Assembly: GCA_963829055.1 (NCBI GenBank)
Contig: CAWHHI010000016.1
Location: forward strand, 448,001-512,000
Source of the DNA: an uncultured Gemmatimonadaceae bacterium
GTDB lineage: Bacteria; Gemmatimonadota; Gemmatimonadetes; Gemmatimonadales; Gemmatimonadaceae
Length of the DNA stretch: 64,000 nucleotides
Direction: 5' to 3'
The notes under the pieces were generated by a model. It did not search any database. It had not been told where the DNA came from and was given only the letters and a program-made list of their open reading frames with translations. This document shows, piece by piece, positions 31,473-42,532 of the stretch (positions are counted from its first letter, which is position 1; the number at the start of each line of letters is the position of its first letter). Position numbers and translations under genes: made by a program.

Positions 31473-32527
31473 GCGACAGCGAACGCCCGCAGCGCCGGTG
31501 GGTCCGGTGGCTTCTGCCCGTTGTCACGTTATCGCTGCTCGCCCTCTTCGCGCGCAGCATCGATTGGGGCCGCGCATGGAGCGCGATCGTACGCGCCGAT
31601 CCAACGCTGCTGTTGGTAGCGACGCTCGCCAACCTCGCGTCCATCGGCGTCAAGGGCGTGCGATGGTCGCTGTTCCTCACGGCCGCCGGCGTACCAGGCG
31701 TGGAACAGGCCGTTCGCGCGACGCTGGCGGGCGCCGCACTGAACAACGTGCTGATCGCGAACGGTGGGGACGCAGCGCGCGTTGCCGCCATGGCCCGTCG
31801 TGGCAACGTCTCGAGCGCGGCGGTCCTCGCGACTCTCGCCGTCGACCGGTTCTGCGACCTGGTCTCGTATGGAGCGATGTTCGCGTGTGCGGCCTTCGTG
31901 CTTCCGCTTCCACCGGAGTTGGCGCGGTGGAGAGTCCCTGGCTTCGTCGCGTTAGGTGCGTTGGCTGCCGTCGCGATCATCGTTGTGTGGAGAGCGTCGG
32001 CGACCGAGTCGGAGCGCACTGCGGTCGGCGCGGTCGAGGACACGCGCCTGATTCCACGCGCGCGACGGTACTGGCGGCATCTCATCGAGACGTCGGCGAA
32101 CGTCGTCACGGGTTCGCGCCTCGCAGTCGCGGTAGGGTTGTCCTTCATGGCGTGGGCGGGGCAGTGGGCGACGTTTCACTATGCCGCCCACGCCGCCGCG
32201 TTCCCCATGACCGCCGGTGAGTCGCTGCTTGCGCTCCTCGTTGTCAACGCGAGCTTCCTCATCCGTTTGACGCCGGGAAACGTTGGCGTGTTCCAGTTGC
32301 TGTACGCGGTCGCGGCGGTGTCGGCGGGGCTCGAGAAGAACAGCGCGGTTGCCGTCGCATTTCTCATCCAGCTCATTCAGTACGTTCCGGTCACGGTGAT
32401 CGGACTCCTGCTCGCACCGTCACTCGCGAAGCGCGGACGCTCCGCCGGCGCGACAGCCGTCGCGGCCGCTGCCGTGCAGGCCGACCGAACACTGAGGGCG
32501 CGTGGCGACGGCGGCGGCATCACCTGA
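31469..32527 (+). CDS. LPG synthase TM / UPF0104 flippase-like membrane protein
   Basis: Multi-TM; RWSL, NGGDAAR, TLAVDRFCD, TPGNVGVF. Confidence 0.85.
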   Translation: MSDSERPQRRWVRWLLPVVTLSLLALFARSIDWGRAWSAIVRADPTLLLVATLANLASIGVKGVRWSLFLTAAGVPGVEQAVRATLAGAALNNVLIANGGDAARVAAMARRGNVSSAAVLATLAVDRFCDLVSYGAMFACAAFVLPLPPELARWRVPGFVALGALAAVAIIVVWRASATESERTAVGAVEDTRLIPRARRYWRHLIETSANVVTGSRLAVAVGLSFMAWAGQWATFHYAAHAAAFPMTAGESLLALLVVNASFLIRLTPGNVGVFQLLYAVAAVSAGLEKNSAVAVAFLIQLIQYVPVTVIGLLLAPSLAKRGRSAGATAVAAAAVQADRTLRARGDGGGIT

Positions 32528-33515
32528 CGTGCACCTAACGCGCACCGATAAACCGCGAGTGTTCGTGGTCCGACGCCTTCCGACGACCGTCGAGGCTCAA
32601 CTTCGCGAACGCTACGACGTCTCGCTCAACGCGACGGACGAGACGTACTCGCTCGACCGTCTCGTAGATGCGGCCCGTGAGTTCGATGCGCTCGTGCCCA
32701 CCGTCGTGGACAACGTGCCCGCACCCGTTTTCGAGTCGGGCGAGAGGCGCATCCGCCTCGTCGCGAACTATGGCGTCGGGTACGACCGGATCGACATCGA
32801 TGCCGCCAGGCGGGAGGGCGTCGTCGTCACGAACACGCCGGGGGTCCTCACCGAGGATACCGCCGACCTCGCGCTCCTGTTGCTGCTCGCCGCCGCACGC
32901 CGAGCAGGTGAGGCCGAGCGTCAGTTGCGCGCCGCGCGTTGGGACGGGTGGAGACCGACGCACATGCTCGGCACACGCGTGAACGGCGCGACGCTCGGGA
33001 TCGTGGGGTACGGTCGGATCGGCGCGGCTGTCGCCAGACGCGCGCACCAGGGATTCGGCATGCGCGTGCTCTACGTGAACCCGAGCGCGCCTGATGCGGA
33101 CGCCGTCGCTGCAGCGTCGGCCGAACGGTGCGAGTCACTCGACGAGTTGCTCGCGCAGAGCGACTTCGTGTCGCTGCATGCGCCCGCGCGTGAGGGAACA
33201 CGTCGAATGCTCAATGCGCGGAGGATCGCGCTCATGCGCCCTGGAGCGATACTCGTGAACACCGCGCGTGGCGATCTCGTCGACGAAGCGGCACTCGCCG
33301 ATGCGCTGCAGCGGGGCGCGCTCTCGGCCGCAGGCCTCGACGTCTTCGAGCGCGAACCCAGCGTGTCCCCACGCTTGCTCGCGCTGGAAAACGTCGTCCT
33401 GCTGCCCCACATCGGGAGTGCCACGACTGCATCCCGCGTGGCGATGGGTGATCGCGTGCTCGCCAACCTCGACGCATTCTTTCGCGGCGGTGAACCTCCG
33501 GACCGCGTGGCGTGA
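32502..33515 (+). CDS. D-glycerate dehydrogenase / glyoxylate reductase (D-2-hydroxyacid DH)
   Basis: GVGYDRID, TNTPGVLTEDTAD, GIVGYGRIG, NTARG, GLDVFERE, LPHIGSAT. Confidence 0.92.
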   Translation: MATAAASPDVHLTRTDKPRVFVVRRLPTTVEAQLRERYDVSLNATDETYSLDRLVDAAREFDALVPTVVDNVPAPVFESGERRIRLVANYGVGYDRIDIDAARREGVVVTNTPGVLTEDTADLALLLLLAAARRAGEAERQLRAARWDGWRPTHMLGTRVNGATLGIVGYGRIGAAVARRAHQGFGMRVLYVNPSAPDADAVAAASAERCESLDELLAQSDFVSLHAPAREGTRRMLNARRIALMRPGAILVNTARGDLVDEAALADALQRGALSAAGLDVFEREPSVSPRLLALENVVLLPHIGSATTASRVAMGDRVLANLDAFFRGGEPPDRVA

Positions 33516-33619
33516 CGTTCGGCTACGCAATGGATCGTTCACCGAGCGGTGAGTTGCGCTTGCCCGGGTACTACGACGGTCCCTAGCTTACCGCTCTCTT
33601 TGCCCCCAACTGACACGCA

Positions 33620-35099
33620 ATGGCTCTCACTCTCGCCCTTCGAGATGGCGACGCAGCGGACATCGACACACCGCTCCTCGGTGCGTTGCTGCCCGCCGGC
33701 ACCGACCTGCCCTCCGAGCTCCGCGCCCTCGACGAACGACTCGGCGGCGCAATCCAACGCACGCTCCAGCGCGGTGACTTCCGCGGCGCTCGAGATGAGT
33801 TGCTGCACCTGGAGGGCGGATCGAGCCGAGCCGGCCGTGTGTTGCTGGTCGGCCTGGGCACGCTGACGGAACCAGCGGCCGCGCTGCGACGCGGCGCGGC
33901 GCTGCTCAGCCGCCAGGCGCATCGTATGGGCGCGGGCTCCGTTGCGGTGGTTGCGCCAGACACCGACGCCGATGCTGCGGAATCGATCGTCGTTGGACTG
34001 AACCTCGGCGCGTGGGAATACCTGGACCTCAAGACGCCGCCTCCGGAGGCGGAGCGCAAGAAGCCGCTCACGCGAGCCACGCTCATCGCCGATGACGCCC
34101 GCGCGTCGAAGGACGCGGTGGCACGCGGCGAGGCAATCGCCGCCGGCTATGACGTGTCGCGGCGACTCGCGCAGATGCCCGGGAATGTCTGCACGCCGGA
34201 CCTGCTGGCGAAGACCGCGACAGAGATCGGCCGCCGCCACAAGCTCAAGGTCACCGTGCTCGGTCGGCGCGAGATGGAACGTCAGAAGAATGGGTTCGTT
34301 CCTTTGCGTGGCACAGGGCACCGAGCAGGATCCCAAGCTCGTGACGATGGAGTACCGAAAGGGCCGGCGTGGTGCCGCTCCGATCGTGCTCGTGGGGAAG
34401 GGACTCTGCTTCGATACGGGCGGCATCTCGATCAAGCCGGCCGACCGAATGGAGTTCATGAAGTTCGACATGTGCGGCGCAGCCGGTGTGATCGGCGCGA
34501 TGGAAGCGATCGCACGCCTCAAGCTCAAGGTGAACGTCGTCGGAATTTTCGGCGCGACGACGAACATGCCTTCGGGAAATGCGGTGAAGCCGGGCGACGT
34601 CGTCATCAGTCACCTCGGCAAGTCCATCGAGATCATCAACACCGACGCGGAAGGGCGGCTCGTGCTGGCCGACCTCCTGTCGTACGCGCGTCGCTTCAAG
34701 CCAGCGGCCGTCATCGATGCCGCGACGCTCACCGGCGCCTGCGTCATAGCGCTTGGACACGTCGCGACGGGTGTATTGGGAACCGACCAGGCGCTGGTGG
34801 ACGAGGTCATTGCCGCGGCCCGCAGAGCGACGGAGCCGGGCTGGCAATTGCCACTCTGGGATGACTACAAGGAACTGATCAAGTCGGACGTCGCGGACAT
34901 GAAGAACTCAGGCGGGCGGGCAGGCGGGACGATCACCGCCGCTATGTTCCTCAGGGAGTTCGCGGAGGAGTATCCGTGGGTGCATCTCGACATCGCCGGC
35001 ACGGCCTACTCGGAGACCGACCTGGTGGCTATTCCGCGGGGTCCGACCGGCGTTCCGACGGGCACCTTCATCGAGTTCGTGCGGGGGAGGGCGGGCTGA
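33620..35099 (+). CDS. pepA: Leucyl aminopeptidase M17 (one frameshift near 34285)
   Basis: VGKGLCFDTGGISIK, MKFDMCGA, NTDAEGRLVLAD, ATLTGA, HLDIAG. Confidence 0.93.
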
Positions 35100-37051
35100 C
35101 CGGTTTGTTCGTCGCCGTCGCACGACACGCTCGTTGCATCGGCCTCGCCCTTCTGGTCGGGGCCGTTTTGCACGAGACCGTTCAGGCACAGGTTCCCACG
35201 CGAGACACGACGCGCACGCGTCGCGACTCGACGAGGGCAGACTCGCTGCGGCGCCGCGCCGATTCGATTTCCGTCGCGATCCCGCTCCCCGCCGATTCCG
35301 CGCGCGCCGATTCGGTGCGCGCGCGACAACGAGCAGACAGTGTGCGCGCCGCGATCCTCGCCCGCCGCGCTGCCGACAGCGTGAAGGCCCCGTTGGCGCG
35401 GGCGGAAGTTCCGCCGCTGGCCGACATCGGCGAGCGCTATCGCTGGACGCGCGAGGAACTGTTCGCGAGCGGTTCGCTCTCGTTAGGCGAGCTGCTGGGC
35501 CGCGTTCCCGGAGTGACGAACTTCGCGTCGGGGTGGGTCCCGACGCCGCACATCGACTCCTACCTGGGCGACTTCCGCCGCGTCCGGCTCTTCTACGACG
35601 GCGTCGAGCTCGACCCATTGGATGTCCGGATCGGGCCGATGCACGACTTCACCACCATTCCCATGTGGACGCTCGAGGAGTTGGTCGTCGAGCGCGCGGC
35701 TGAAGAGCTCCGCGTCTACATGCGCAGTTGGCGCGTGAACAAGACGACGCCGTACACCAGCGTGGACGTCTCCACTGGCGATCTCACCACGAACAGGTAT
35801 CGCGGATTCTTCGGCCGTCGCTTCGGCGAACTCCACCGCGCTCCAAATCGGAGCGCAGCAGTACAGCACGGAAGATCAGCGTGCCGGCGGCGACGGGAAT
35901 CATCTCAGTACTTTTACCCGTTTCGGGTGGGCGAAGAAAAGCTGGAGCGCCGACGCGGTCCTCTTGCGAACGAGACGCAATCGAAACGAACAGCTACGCG
36001 ACTCGGTTGGCGGTCAGGCCGGCTTTGCGAACTTGCCCGCACTCGAGGCGACCCGCACGGATGCGTATGCGCGGATCGGATACGGCGATCCAGAAGGTGC
36101 GCGCTGGCTCCAGATCATCGCGTCCACGAGTCGGTTCGCCGAAACGAACACGAAGACGGCGACGGGCACGACGACCGGAACCGAGCCATTCGTTGGGGAC
36201 ACGGTGGATTCCATCGCTTCTCGCGCGCAGTACGTCGTGACCGCCGGGCTGACCGTCCTCGGCGCGAAGGTATCCGCGACCGGGCGATACCGGGTCTTCA
36301 ACGGACTGGTGGTTCCTGACGCCATCGGCGCGCATTGGCTACGACCGCGGGATGCTGTCGACGACCGCGTACGTGGAGCAGCAGGAGTCCGACTCGACGT
36401 TCCGCGCTGACTTCTCGGCCCGGTTGACGCCGTTCAAATTTCTCGCAATCGCCGGCTCGTTAGGCAGGATGAGTCCGATCAACGAGAGTACGCGACCGAC
36501 GTCCCTGTCGTATCGCGGTGAGGTCGGGCTTCGTCTCGGCCGCCTGTGGGCCACGGGCGGCATCACGTCGCATCGACACGACGATCGTTCCGCCACCGCG
36601 CGCCTACGATACCCTCTATGTCGAGGCGGCGATCGGTGCACACCGCGGTACGTTTGTGACACTGCGTGGACCGATCTGGAAAGGCATTGGTCTCAACGTC
36701 AGCGCGATGCAATGGGACAGCGTCGCCTACCTGCCGAAGTACCAGGTGCGGACGGAGCTGTATGCGAAGACGAGCTGGCTCAGCCGGTTTCCGCAGGGAA
36801 ACTTTCACGTGCTGGCGTCGGTGGCGCACGAGTATCGAACAGGCATCTCGTTCCCGGTCGTCGCGGATGCGGTCGAGCAGCTCAGCTCCCAGTACCGCGT
36901 CATCACGACACTGTTCGAGCTGCGCCTGTACGACGCCGTGCTCAGCTGGCAGTACCGGAACATTCTGGGCACCATTTACCAGCAGGTGCCGGGTTTCACC
37001 GCGCCCCGCGCGATCAATGTGTACGGCGTGCGGTGGGACTTCTTCAATTGA
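35096..37051 (+). CDS. Putative outer-membrane beta-barrel protein with plug-like domain (frameshifted, start uncertain)
   Basis: Signal peptide, RADS repeats, plug-like LGELLGRVPGV...YDGVELD...EELVVER, C-terminal YGVRWDFFN. Confidence 0.65.
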
Positions 37052-37057
37052 CTTCGA

Positions 37058-37086
37058 TTGACAAGGTCGTTGTCAGCTCGTAACTT
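37058..37086 (+). promoter_or_regulatory. Sigma70-type promoter of the yicC operon
   Basis: TTGACA-N17-TAACTT. Confidence 0.65.
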
Positions 37087-37098
37087 GCGCGACTATCG

Positions 37099-37971
37099 AT
37101 GATCCGAAGCATGACGGGTTACGGCGCCGCCGAAGGACTGGTCGGCGGGTCGCGGGTAAGCGTCGAGCTCAGAACCGTCAACCACCGGTTCTTCTCGCCG
37201 AGCATCAAGCTGCCGGCTGAGCTGTCGCGGTGGGAGCCGGAAGTGCGCGAAGCGCTTCGCAAGACGATCGCTCGCGGGCACGTTACCCTTTCAGCGCGAA
37301 CGGAACGGCCATCTGCTTCGGGAGCGATCGACGAACAACGCTTTGCGGGCTACGTGACCATGTTGCGTGACCTGCGCGACCGGCACGGGCTGGATGGGTC
37401 GATCGACGTCGCCACGGTCCTTCGAATGCCCGACGTGCTCGCGACGGATCCGGCGGCAGAGCAGACCGGGACGGCGGCAGAGCTCACATCAGTAGTGGAA
37501 TCGGCGATCGAGTCGCTGACGCGTTCGCGGGCTGATGAGGGCAAGCGTTTGGCGACGTTCCTGATGGACCGGCTCGTCACCATTGACGGCGCGCTGGGTC
37601 GCATTGCGGCACGGGCGCCGGAGCGAGTCATCGCGCAACGAGATCGGCTTCGCGAGTCGGTGCGGGTGTTGACGGAAGGCATGGCGGTCGACGAGCAGCG
37701 TATCGCTCAGGAGATCGCCATTCTGGCCGATAAGCTGGACGTCCAGGAGGAGTTGCAGCGCTTCGCGTCGCACATCGCGGCGTTTCGCGCGGCGCTCCAG
37801 TACAGCGGTGGTGAGCCGGTCGGCAAACGCCTGGGTTTCCTGCTGCAGGAAATGCTGCGCGAGGCGAATACGACGGGGAGCAAGGCGAACGACGCGGCGA
37901 TGCTGCAGGACGTCGTGACGATCAAGGAGGAGTTGGAGCGAGTTCGGGAACAGGTGGAAAACCTGGAATGA
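37099..37971 (+). CDS. yicC: YicC/YloC family endoribonuclease
   Basis: MIRSMTGYG, ELRTVNHRF, GKRLGFLLQEMLREANTTGSK, REQVENLE. Confidence 0.95.
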   Translation: MIRSMTGYGAAEGLVGGSRVSVELRTVNHRFFSPSIKLPAELSRWEPEVREALRKTIARGHVTLSARTERPSASGAIDEQRFAGYVTMLRDLRDRHGLDGSIDVATVLRMPDVLATDPAAEQTGTAAELTSVVESAIESLTRSRADEGKRLATFLMDRLVTIDGALGRIAARAPERVIAQRDRLRESVRVLTEGMAVDEQRIAQEIAILADKLDVQEELQRFASHIAAFRAALQYSGGEPVGKRLGFLLQEMLREANTTGSKANDAAMLQDVVTIKEELERVREQVENLE

Positions 37972-38621
37972 ACCCATTCCCGCTCATCCTGTCGTCGCCT
38001 TCGGGTGGCGGCAAGACGACCATCGCGCGGATGATGCTCGAACGTCGGCCGGATGTCGGCTACTCGGTGTCATGCACCACGCGCTCGCCGCGGCCCGGTG
38101 AGCGGGATGGGCAGGACTATTATTTCCTGTCGAAGGACGAGTTCGAAGCGAGACGGGCTCGAGACGAGTTCGCCGAGCATGCTGTTGTACACGGACATCT
38201 GTACGGCACGCTGCGGCAGGAAGTCATGCAGGTGCTGGAGTCGGGCAAGCACGTGATCATGGACATCGATGTCCAGGGGGCACGCCAGTTCGCGCGAGCC
38301 TTTCCGGAGTCGGTGCTTGTATTCTTACTGCCGCCGTCGACGGACGTCCTCATTGGACGGCTGCGGGCGCGCCAGACGGAAGACGATGGCAAGCTGCTCG
38401 TTCGGCTACGTTCAGCGCGCGAGGAGCTACGGGAAGTAGGCGGGTATCAGTACGTGGTTGTGAACGATGACCTCGAGCACGCCTTCAGCCAGGTGGCATC
38501 GATCGTCGATGCGGAAACGGTTCGACATCGGCGATTGCCGTTGCTCGACGAACGTCTGGCCGAGCTGATCGCCGCGCTCGATCGTCAGATTCACGAATAT
38601 TCTTCAACCAGGACTCAGTAA
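37968..38621 (+). CDS. gmk: Guanylate kinase
   Basis: SSPSGGGKTT, SCTTRSPRPGE, YGT, DIDVQGA. Confidence 0.97.
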   Translation: MNPFPLILSSPSGGGKTTIARMMLERRPDVGYSVSCTTRSPRPGERDGQDYYFLSKDEFEARRARDEFAEHAVVHGHLYGTLRQEVMQVLESGKHVIMDIDVQGARQFARAFPESVLVFLLPPSTDVLIGRLRARQTEDDGKLLVRLRSAREELREVGGYQYVVVNDDLEHAFSQVASIVDAETVRHRRLPLLDERLAELIAALDRQIHEYSSTRTQ

Positions 38622-38624
38622 TCC

Positions 38625-38837
38625 ATGCGAGTGTACACTCCGGGCGAAGTCGCAAAACACGCCGGTAACAAGTATCTGGGCGTTCTGGTCGCGGCGAAGT
38701 TCGCGCGCGTGCTGAACGAGTTTCCGCGTGATCGATCGTCGTCGCGCGAGAAGAAGCTGACGACTCGCTCGCTCGAGGAGCTGTCGGGCGGCGATATCCA
38801 GTATCGCGTGGTGCCCAAGCGGAGACCCGAGGGGTGA
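38625..38837 (+). CDS. rpoZ: RNA polymerase omega subunit
   Basis: NKYLGVLVAAKFAR; position between gmk and coaBC. Confidence 0.85.
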   Translation: MRVYTPGEVAKHAGNKYLGVLVAAKFARVLNEFPRDRSSSREKKLTTRSLEELSGGDIQYRVVPKRRPEG

Positions 38838-38856
38838 CGCAGGCTCGAGGGTCGAA

Positions 38857-40063
38857 GTGACTCGGCCCTTTGATCAGCGACGTATTCTGCTCGGCGTCAC
38901 CGGTGGAATCGCCGCCTACAAATCGGCGTGGATTGCTCGCCTGCTCACGCAGGCGGGCGCCGCGGTCGATGTGGTGCTTACCCGATCCGCGGCCGAATTC
39001 ATTGGCGCGATCACGTTCGAGGCGCTCACGGGGCGACCGGTCCACACCGCGCTCATCGCCGAAGGGCACGCACTCGATCACATCAAGCTCGCGCGGGCGG
39101 CAGACGCCATCGTCGTAGCTCCCGCGACGGCAGATTTCATCGCTCGCGCGGCGAACGGCCACGCTGATGAGTTACTCTCGGCATGCCTGCTGGCTGCCAC
39201 AGCTCCGGTGTTGATCGTTCCGGCGATGAACGACCGGATGTGGGCGCATCAGCAGACCCGCGCGAACGTCGCGCACCTCCAGGCGATCGGGTACAACGTC
39301 CTCGAGCCTAACGAGGGACCGCTCGCGGTCGGCGAGGGCGCCGGACCGGGACGACTGCCCGAGCCGGAGACGATCGTGGCGCACGTCGCGCGCATGATGG
39401 AACCGGCCGGAGCGCTCCGAGGTAAAAGAATCGTCGTCACGGCGGGCCCGACGCGTGAGCCGGTGGATCCGGTGCGGTTCATCTCGAACCGAAGCAGCGG
39501 CAAGATGGGCGTCGCCATTGCTGCCGCGGCATGGCGTCGGGGTGCTGACGTGAACCTCATCGCGGGGCCGATGCACATCGGCACTCCGGCCGGGGCGACC
39601 GTCACGATGGTCGAGACCACCGAGCAGATGCGCGCCGCGGTCGCGGACGCAATCGCTCAGGCGGATGCGCTCATCATGGCCGCCGCGCCCGCGGATTTTC
39701 GCCCCGCGTCGCCGTCGAACCAGAAGATCAAGAAAGCGAACGCGCCGACGGCCATCGAGCTCGAGCCGACGCCCGATATCCTGTCGTCGACCATCGGGAC
39801 CCGCCCCGACAAAGCTCGTTACGGTCGGCTTCGCACTCGAGACCAACTCCGCCGTGGAGCACGGACGCGGAAAGTTGGCTGCAAAACAGCTCGATCTCAT
39901 TGTCGTGAACGACGCCACCGAACCGGGTGCAGGATTCTCGGTCGATACGAATCGCGTCACGTTCATCGACGGCGACGGCCTCGCCAATGAGCAGCCGCTG
40001 CTGGCGAAGAGCGATGTCGCGGACCTCATACTCGACCGCGTCGAGCGGTTGATGCAGCGCTGA
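38857..40063 (+). CDS. coaBC: Phosphopantothenoylcysteine decarboxylase/ligase (frameshift near 39810)
   Basis: GVTGGIAAYK, PAMN, TAGPTREPVDPVRFISNRSSGKMG, GFALET. Confidence 0.95.
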
Positions 40064-40066
40064 CGG

Positions 40067-41147
40067 ATGGATCCGAAAGAGCAACTTCGTCGTTACCTCG
40101 AACAGCGTCGCGAAACCGGCGAACGCGAGCTCATCCTCGACGGCATGTCCGTCGAGGATGTGATGCGCATTCTCGGCGCGACCGCCACCGCCGGGAGTGC
40201 ACCCGCTCGATCGGTGAACCGCGGTAACGACCGTCGCGACGACCGTGTGGACGAGCGCCCAGCGCCGACCGTGAGCCCACGCGAGGAGCGTGTGCCGGAT
40301 GCACCCGTGGGTGATTGGCGCGAGGTGCTCCGCGCGACCGGCAGCGCTCCGACGCGCCAGCCAGCGCCGTCTCGCGAAGCCTCACCACCACCGGCCGCCC
40401 CACCGTCGCAACACGCCGCGCCCACGCCGGACGCCTCGGACGATCGCAACGTTAGGCAGGCGTCGAACGAGCCCGAGCCAGTGATCCCTGCGCCGGCGGC
40501 TCCCGCCCGCCCCGTCGGCCGACGCGCCACCGGGCATCGTGGTCGGGCAGGTGAGCCGCGAATTGTTCGGCAGCACGCTCGCCACCGTCCCCACGCTCGC
40601 AGACCTCGCCGAGATCATCGCCAAGTGCACGCGCTGCCCGCTGTACAAGACGGCGACGAATCCTGTACCCGGGGAAGGGAGCCCGACCGCAGAACTGGTG
40701 TGCGTCGGCGAGGCACCGGGCGAAAACGAGGACAAGACCGGCCGTCCGTTCGTCGGCCCTGCAGGTCAACTCCTGACGAAGATTCTCGCCGCCATTAACT
40801 TGAGCCGCGAGGACGTGTTCATCTGCAACGTGCTCAAGCATCGGCCGCCGGGGAATCGCAATCCGTTGCCCCAGGAGGTCGAAGCATGCAGTCCGTATCT
40901 GGTGCGCCAGCTCGAGATCATTCGTCCAAAGGTCATCGTCGCGTTCGGCACGTTCGCCGCTCAGACGCTGCTCGAAACGAAGCTCTCGATCGGCAAACTC
41001 CGTGGCTCCGTGCATCGCTACTACGGCATACCGCTCGTGGTGACGTATCACCCTGCCGCGCTCCTTCGGAACCCGGCGTGGAAGCGCCCAACCTGGGAAG
41101 ATGTCCAGCTCGCCCGTCGAGTACTCGATCGCGCCTCAGGGACGTGA
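40067..41147 (+). CDS. Uracil-DNA glycosylase family 4 with long N-terminal extension (frameshift near 40520)
   Basis: CTRCPL, GEAPG, PFVGPAG, KHRPPGNR, TYHPAALLR. Confidence 0.92.
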
Positions 41148-42525
41148 CCCATACAGCGAGCGGCGTCCTCCCTACTCGGAGGACGCCGAGCAAGCCGTGC
41201 TCGCCGCCATGCTCATGGATGGCGACGCGATCATGCGCGCCGCGGAATACGTCAACGACACGATGTTCTACGCGGAACGCCATCGGCGGATCTTCCGCGC
41301 GCTCGTCGCGATCACCGAACGCGGTGCGGTTGCCGACCCGCTGACGCTCGCCGACGAGCTGGAGCGTCGCGGCGAGCTACCGGCGAGCGGTGGCAAGGAG
41401 TACATCGCGTTTCTCGTCGACGCGGTCCCGACATCGGCGAACGTCGAGTTCCACGCGCGGATCGTGCGAGAGAAGGCGCTGCTCCGGAGCCTCATCGAAG
41501 TCTCCACGTCCATCGTGGGAGAAGCATTCGAGGGACGGACGCAGGCGGCCGAGCTGCTCGATGAAGCCGAGCAGAAGATCTTTCAGATCAGCCAGCAGCA
41601 GGGCGCCGGCGGCTTCACGCGCATCAAGGAGCTGATGTGGCCGACGATGGAGCGCATCGAGGCGCTTCAGCGCGGCGGCAAATCGATCACGGGCGTCGCG
41701 AGCGGCTTTCACGATCTCGACGAGCTCACGTCGGGCTTCCAGCCGTCGGATCTCGTCATCATCGCGGCGCGTCCGTCAATGGGAAAGACAGCGTTCGTGC
41801 TGAACATCGCGCAACACGCTGCTATCGAGCACAATACTTCGATTGCGATCTTCTCACTGGAAATGAGTAAAGAGTCTCTCGTGCAGAGACTCCTCACCAG
41901 CGAGGCGCGCATCGACGCGCAACGGCTCCGCAAAGGCATGCTGCGCGACGACGACTACTCTCGTCTCGCGCGCGCGGCCGGCATTCTGAGTTCCGCGCCG
42001 GTCTATATCGACGACGCGGCGGGCATCACGCTGCTCGAGATGCGATCCAAGTCGCGCCGACTGAAGGCGGATTCAGGACTCGGGCTCATCGTCGTCGACT
42101 ACCTGCAGCTCATTCAGGGGCCAGCGAGCGCAGAAAACCGACAGCAGGAGATCAGCCAGATATCGCGTCAGCTCAAGGCGCTCGCGAAGGAGCTGTCGGT
42201 ACCCGTCATCGCGCTCTCGCAGCTGTCGCGCGCCCCGGAGCAGAGAACGGGAGACAACAAGCGGCCGCAGTTGTCCGACCTGCGTGAGTCGGGCGCCATC
42301 GAGCAGGACGCCGATCTCGTCATGGCGATCTACCGCCCCGAGATCTACGCCGAGAGCCGTCACGATGGCCCGCCGGTGGACAAGGACGGCAACTCGCTCG
42401 AGGGACGCGCGGAGATCATCGTGCTCAAGCAGCGGAACGGGCCGATCGGCACGGTGAATCTCTTCTTCCACAAGCACTACACGCGGTTCGAGAATTACAC
42501 GGCCCGCCAAGCCGCGGCGACGTAA
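41101..42525 (+). CDS. dnaB: Replicative DNA helicase
   Basis: AARPSMGKT, VDYLQL, LSQLSR, DLRESGAIEQDAD, KQRNGP. Confidence 0.97.
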   Translation: MSSSPVEYSIAPQGRDPYSERRPPYSEDAEQAVLAAMLMDGDAIMRAAEYVNDTMFYAERHRRIFRALVAITERGAVADPLTLADELERRGELPASGGKEYIAFLVDAVPTSANVEFHARIVREKALLRSLIEVSTSIVGEAFEGRTQAAELLDEAEQKIFQISQQQGAGGFTRIKELMWPTMERIEALQRGGKSITGVASGFHDLDELTSGFQPSDLVIIAARPSMGKTAFVLNIAQHAAIEHNTSIAIFSLEMSKESLVQRLLTSEARIDAQRLRKGMLRDDDYSRLARAAGILSSAPVYIDDAAGITLLEMRSKSRRLKADSGLGLIVVDYLQLIQGPASAENRQQEISQISRQLKALAKELSVPVIALSQLSRAPEQRTGDNKRPQLSDLRESGAIEQDADLVMAIYRPEIYAESRHDGPPVDKDGNSLEGRAEIIVLKQRNGPIGTVNLFFHKHYTRFENYTARQAAAT

Positions 42526-42532
42526 GGACGAC

